A stretch of 64,000 bases of DNA. Source: Myxococcota bacterium. GTDB lineage: Bacteria > Myxococcota_A > SURF-8. The translations under genes were made by a program, and so were the position numbers. Of the stretch, positions 60,270 to 64,000 are shown one piece after another. The notes below the pieces were generated by a model. The model was not told the origin of the DNA and ran no database searches. It saw only the letters and a list, made by a program, of their open reading frames with translations. Positions within the stretch are counted from its first letter, which is position 1. Each line of letters opens with the position of its first letter. The stretch is taken from NCBI GenBank assembly GCA_963674735.2, contig CAXXQS010000001.1, forward strand, positions 1,568,001 to 1,632,000. The letters run 5' to 3'.

Positions 60270-60673
60270 TTTTTTCGAGCACGGGAAGCACACTTGCACC
60301 CGCTTCGGCTGTTTCTTATATCTTATAGTGATTTCAATAGCTTAGAAAGATGGAAGCCCGTTTTGCATCCATTTCACAGGTCGTGAACAAACCAAGCCTT
60401 CGAACGTCTCGCATATTGGGGTGGCATCCAAAAAACAACCGATCGGCGATTGATTGACGGAAAACAAGCGAAATTGAATAGATTTTGGCTGCATTATTCA
60501 ACAGTTATGTTTGTTACACCTGCATTCCGCGATTAAGGAGCTCTCAAAGCGTCTTGAAGAAGCAGGTCACAGCCGCAGATTACGACTATGAAGTTTTTGC
60601 GGACAAACATGAAAAGAAGTGCCACTTCCTATGTAATAATGGCCTTGAAAAGAAATCTGCAGGCTCCCAACCG

Positions 60674-62023
60674 CTACTCCGGTTTCTCATCCTTTTTCCC
60701 ACGAGTACGACAGAAAAACTTCAGGGGCGTCCCTTCGAATCCATACGTTTCACGCAATTGATTGGATAAGTAGCGTTGGTAGCTGAAATGCAGACGTTTG
60801 GGATCGTTGACCGACAGCATGAACGTCGGTGGCGCGGTGGCGACCTGGGAGATGTAGTAGATTTTGAGAATTTTCCCTTTTCGGGTGGAGGGTCGGTTGC
60901 GGGTGGTAACCTTTTCAAACCAGCGGTTCAATTCGCCGGTCGAAATCCGCCGCCCATGCTGTTCCTTGGCGTCGTCGATAAATTGCAGAATCTTTTCCAC
61001 ACGCTGCCCGGTCAGGGCGGAGATGAAGATAATCGGCGCATACGGAATGAACTTCAGCCTGTCGCGGATATCCTTGGCCATCGCTCCGGCGGTGTCGGTA
61101 TCCTTTTCCACCAGATCCCATTTGTTGACCAAAACAATGGAAGCCAGCCCCTTGTCATGGGCGAAACCGGCGATTTTCGTATCCTGTTCGGTCACGCCCT
61201 CCCGCGCATCGAGCATGATCAGCGCCACGTTGGCCCGATCCATGGCTTTGAGCGACTTGACGATCGTGCGCTTCTCCATCACCTTGTCCACACGATTCTG
61301 CCGACGAATACCGGCCGTGTCGATAAAGCGGTAGTTTCGCTCGTTGCGCGTGATGACGGAATCGATGGCATCGCGCGTGGTTCCGGGGATGTCGGTCACG
61401 ATATGACGATCCACTCGCAGGAATTTGTTGACCAACGTGCTTTTCCCGACATTCGGTTTGCCGATCACGGCAATGCGGGTTTCGTCCTCGATCGGGACCT
61501 CATCGATACGCAGGCTCGGGTGATTGTTCTCCACATCCTCCAAAACATCCCCGACATTTTCGCCGTGCTCCGCCGAGATCGCGAAAACCGGATCAATTCC
61601 AAGGCTATAGAAATCGGCCGTCAACGGCTCGTGACGCGGGCCGTCGATCTTGTTGATCAGGTAATAAACCGGTTTCTTCGAAAAGCGCAGGATGCGGACA
61701 ATTTCCTCGTCGGCATGTACCATCCCCGCCCGTCCGTCGAACAGGGCGAAGATGATATCGGCTTCTTCGATGGCCAACAAACTCTGCTCACGCATATTGA
61801 TCAGCAAGTCGTTGGAAGTCTCCGGCTCGAAGCCGCCGGTATCGATCACCGTATATTCATAGCGCGAAATCTTGGCCCGCCCGTAATGACGATCGACCGT
61901 CATGCCGGGTGTGGAATCGACAATCGCCTGTTTGCGGCCCACCAGACGATTGAACAGAGTGGATTTGCCGACATTCGGTCGGCCGACTAAGGCGATAACC
62001 AAGTGTCGTTCAAAGGTTTGCAT
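60674..62023 (-). CDS. der: Ribosome biogenesis GTPase Der (EngA)
   Basis: Two G domains (GRPNVGKSTLFN/DTGG/NKID and GKPNVGKS/GTTRD/DTAG/NKWD) plus a KH-like tail. Confidence 0.98.
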   Translation of the reverse strand: MQTFERHLVIALVGRPNVGKSTLFNRLVGRKQAIVDSTPGMTVDRHYGRAKISRYEYTVIDTGGFEPETSNDLLINMREQSLLAIEEADIIFALFDGRAGMVHADEEIVRILRFSKKPVYYLINKIDGPRHEPLTADFYSLGIDPVFAISAEHGENVGDVLEDVENNHPSLRIDEVPIEDETRIAVIGKPNVGKSTLVNKFLRVDRHIVTDIPGTTRDAIDSVITRNERNYRFIDTAGIRRQNRVDKVMEKRTIVKSLKAMDRANVALIMLDAREGVTEQDTKIAGFAHDKGLASIVLVNKWDLVEKDTDTAGAMAKDIRDRLKFIPYAPIIFISALTGQRVEKILQFIDDAKEQHGRRISTGELNRWFEKVTTRNRPSTRKGKILKIYYISQVATAPPTFMLSVNDPKRLHFSYQRYLSNQLRETYGFEGTPLKFFCRTRGKKDEKPE

Positions 62024-62032
62024 GATCGATCC

Positions 62033-62956
62033 TTACTTGTAGCCCAACCGCTTCAGCATGCGGGGGTCGGTCGTCCAGTCTTTCTTGACACGTACCAGAA
62101 GTTTCAGGCCTACCGGACGTTCCAGGTTGGCTTCCAAGTCAATCCGCGCCTGTTCGCCGATCCGGCGCAAGGTTTGCCCGCCCTTGCCGATAACGATACC
62201 CTTTTGCGAATCGCGCTCCACGATCAGCAAGGCATCGATGTGAATGCGCCGTCCCTCGTCCAGTTCCCGGAACGTTTCCACCTCGACGGCCAGAGAGTAC
62301 GGCACTTCTTCACGCAAAATCATCAAGGTTTTCTCCCGAATGATTTCGGCGGCGATGAAGCGTAAGTTGCGGTCGGTGAACATGTCGTCCGGGAAATAAG
62401 CCGGGCCTTCCGGCATCAGGTCGCGGGTCAGTTCCAATAAGCGGTCGACGCCGTCGTTTTCAAGCGCGGAGATGGGCACGATCTCATCGAAATCGGCCAA
62501 CTCCCTGATGCGCCCCATGAAAGCCAGAAGATCGCCTTTGTCGGCCAGATCCACTTTGTTGATCACCAGGAACAAAGGTTTGTGCTGCTTGTGGATGGCA
62601 TCGATGATGTGGCGATTGCCCTCGCCCAGATCTTTGCGACCGATAAACTCGGGTCCCGCTTCCACCATCAGGTAAACCACGTCTGCCTCGGAGATCGTAC
62701 CGAGAGCCGTTTCCACCATCCATTTATTCAGCCCCTCTTTGGCCTTGTGAATGCCGGGGGTATCGAGAAAGATCACTTGCCCATCGTCGAAATGGCGCAC
62801 GCCGAGAATACGGTCGCGCGTGGTTTGCGGTTTGGGGGTCGTAATAGCCAAACGCTCTTCTAAAATCGCGTTTAATAATGTCGATTTACCGACGTTCGGG
62901 CGTCCGACGATCGCCACATAACCCGAACGGTAAGTCTTCTCTTCCGGCGAATTCAT
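62033..62956 (-). CDS. era: GTPase Era
   Basis: SGYVAIVGRPNVGKSTL, KPQTTR, DTPG, NKVD, EIIREK and SQKGIVIGKGG. Confidence 0.98.
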   Translation of the reverse strand: MNSPEEKTYRSGYVAIVGRPNVGKSTLLNAILEERLAITTPKPQTTRDRILGVRHFDDGQVIFLDTPGIHKAKEGLNKWMVETALGTISEADVVYLMVEAGPEFIGRKDLGEGNRHIIDAIHKQHKPLFLVINKVDLADKGDLLAFMGRIRELADFDEIVPISALENDGVDRLLELTRDLMPEGPAYFPDDMFTDRNLRFIAAEIIREKTLMILREEVPYSLAVEVETFRELDEGRRIHIDALLIVERDSQKGIVIGKGGQTLRRIGEQARIDLEANLERPVGLKLLVRVKKDWTTDPRMLKRLGYK

Positions 62957-63264
62957 ACTGTTTCTCCTCGGCCTTTACCTATGGCCGTCAATCTTCGCCT
63001 CTGATTTAGCCATTTCGCACACGAAATGCAAGTCTTTCCGTCGAAGTTTCTCCTTTATTTTTCATGACTTTTCGTGGAGCCAAGCCTTAAACAGCTGAAA
63101 GGTTCGCCGTTTCAACGAGCTTGCTGAGAACGGGGAACAAAGCAGCGTCTTCTCCTGCACCCGCCGATTTCAATCGAAATCGTTCCAATCTGGCGAGTTT
63201 CGGGAATCTTTTGACGTTATCCGAGTTCTTGGATAAGGTAAGGAATCTTGTCAAAGGAGGATCG

Positions 63265-64000
63265 ATGCCCGATACGCCCGCCCCCACACAGCCGAACGTG
63301 CAAAACGGCATAACCGCTATATTTCGAAACATCACCAGCGTGATTCGCGGGAAAGACGACGTCGTGGAGCTTGCGCTGATCACGCTTCTAGCGCGTGGTC
63401 ACCTGCTTTTGGAAGACATCCCCGGCGTCGGTAAAACCATGTTGGGTCTGGCTTTGTCGCGCTCGATCAAATGCCCCTTCCGACGCATCCAGTTCACCAA
63501 CGACACCGTCCCGGCCGACATCTTGGGGATGATGGTCTATTCGCGAAAAGAAGAGAAATTCCGCTTCGTTGCCGGACCGATCTTCGCCGGTGTCGTGCTG
63601 GCCGATGAAATCAACCGCACCTCGCCCAAAACCCAATCGGCTCTTCTGGAAGCGATGACCGAACGCAAGGTGTCCATCGAGAACCGAGCCTACCGTCTGC
63701 CCGATCCATTCATGGTGATCGCCACCCAGAATCCCCTGGAATTTCACGGGACTTTCCCGCTACCGGAATCGCAACTCGACCGTTTCATGCTGCGCACCCG
63801 CCTCGGCTATCCCGACAACGAAGCGGAACGAGAAATTCTTTCCCAGGATATCGGTCCCGATAAAATCCGGGAATTACCGGCGGTTGTCGATTGCAAAGGT
63901 ATCGCCGAAGCGCGCAAGATGGTCGAAACGGTCAAGATCGAAAGTAGTGTTCTGGATTATCTGCTATCCTTGATCGATGCGACCCGCCGTGAACCGCGCC
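63265..64000 (+). CDS. moxR: MoxR-family AAA+ ATPase (partial, runs off the window edge)
   Basis: Not in the ORF track. After AAAGGAGG, the ATG at 63265 gives ...GHLLLEDIPGVGKT...RRIQFT.D..PADILG...LADEINRTSPKTQSALLEAM...ATQNP...GTFPLPESQLDRF. Confidence 0.93.
   Translation, partial: MPDTPAPTQPNVQNGITAIFRNITSVIRGKDDVVELALITLLARGHLLLEDIPGVGKTMLGLALSRSIKCPFRRIQFTNDTVPADILGMMVYSRKEEKFRFVAGPIFAGVVLADEINRTSPKTQSALLEAMTERKVSIENRAYRLPDPFMVIATQNPLEFHGTFPLPESQLDRFMLRTRLGYPDNEAEREILSQDIGPDKIRELPAVVDCKGIAEARKMVETVKIESSVLDYLLSLIDATRREPR

Noticed and set aside
60485-60769. 94-aa ORF downstream of der
   Set aside because: Weak start, antisense overlap with der, and no recognisable features.

Overview
GC-rich bacterial chromosomal window, probably from a deltaproteobacterial/Myxococcota-like organism (an inference from gene content). 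It has about 46 CDSs and no recognisable rRNA, tRNA, CRISPR array or transposase. The right half (35.5-64 kb) is mostly housekeeping: purD/purE, tsaC, tgt/queA, lipid A genes, aspS, leuS, der, era and a partial moxR. The left half is accessory. The strongest signal is a translationally coupled three-gene nitrogenase-like operon (8.9-13.2 kb): a conserved NifH-type ATPase plus two very divergent component-1 subunits, with no FeMo-cofactor genes, flanked by two paralogous orphan PAS histidine kinases. Other leads are a DUF1611-type P-loop protein coupled to argC (possible alternative arginine-pathway entry enzyme), four unrelated lipoproteins sharing acidic DGDxx repeats, a TetR-led sphingosine-1-phosphate-lyase-like lipid catabolic cluster, a TonB receptor next to a multiheme cytochrome, and a candidate sigma54-driven structured RNA at about 60.1-60.3 kb. 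All calls come from reading motifs by eye; no database search was run.
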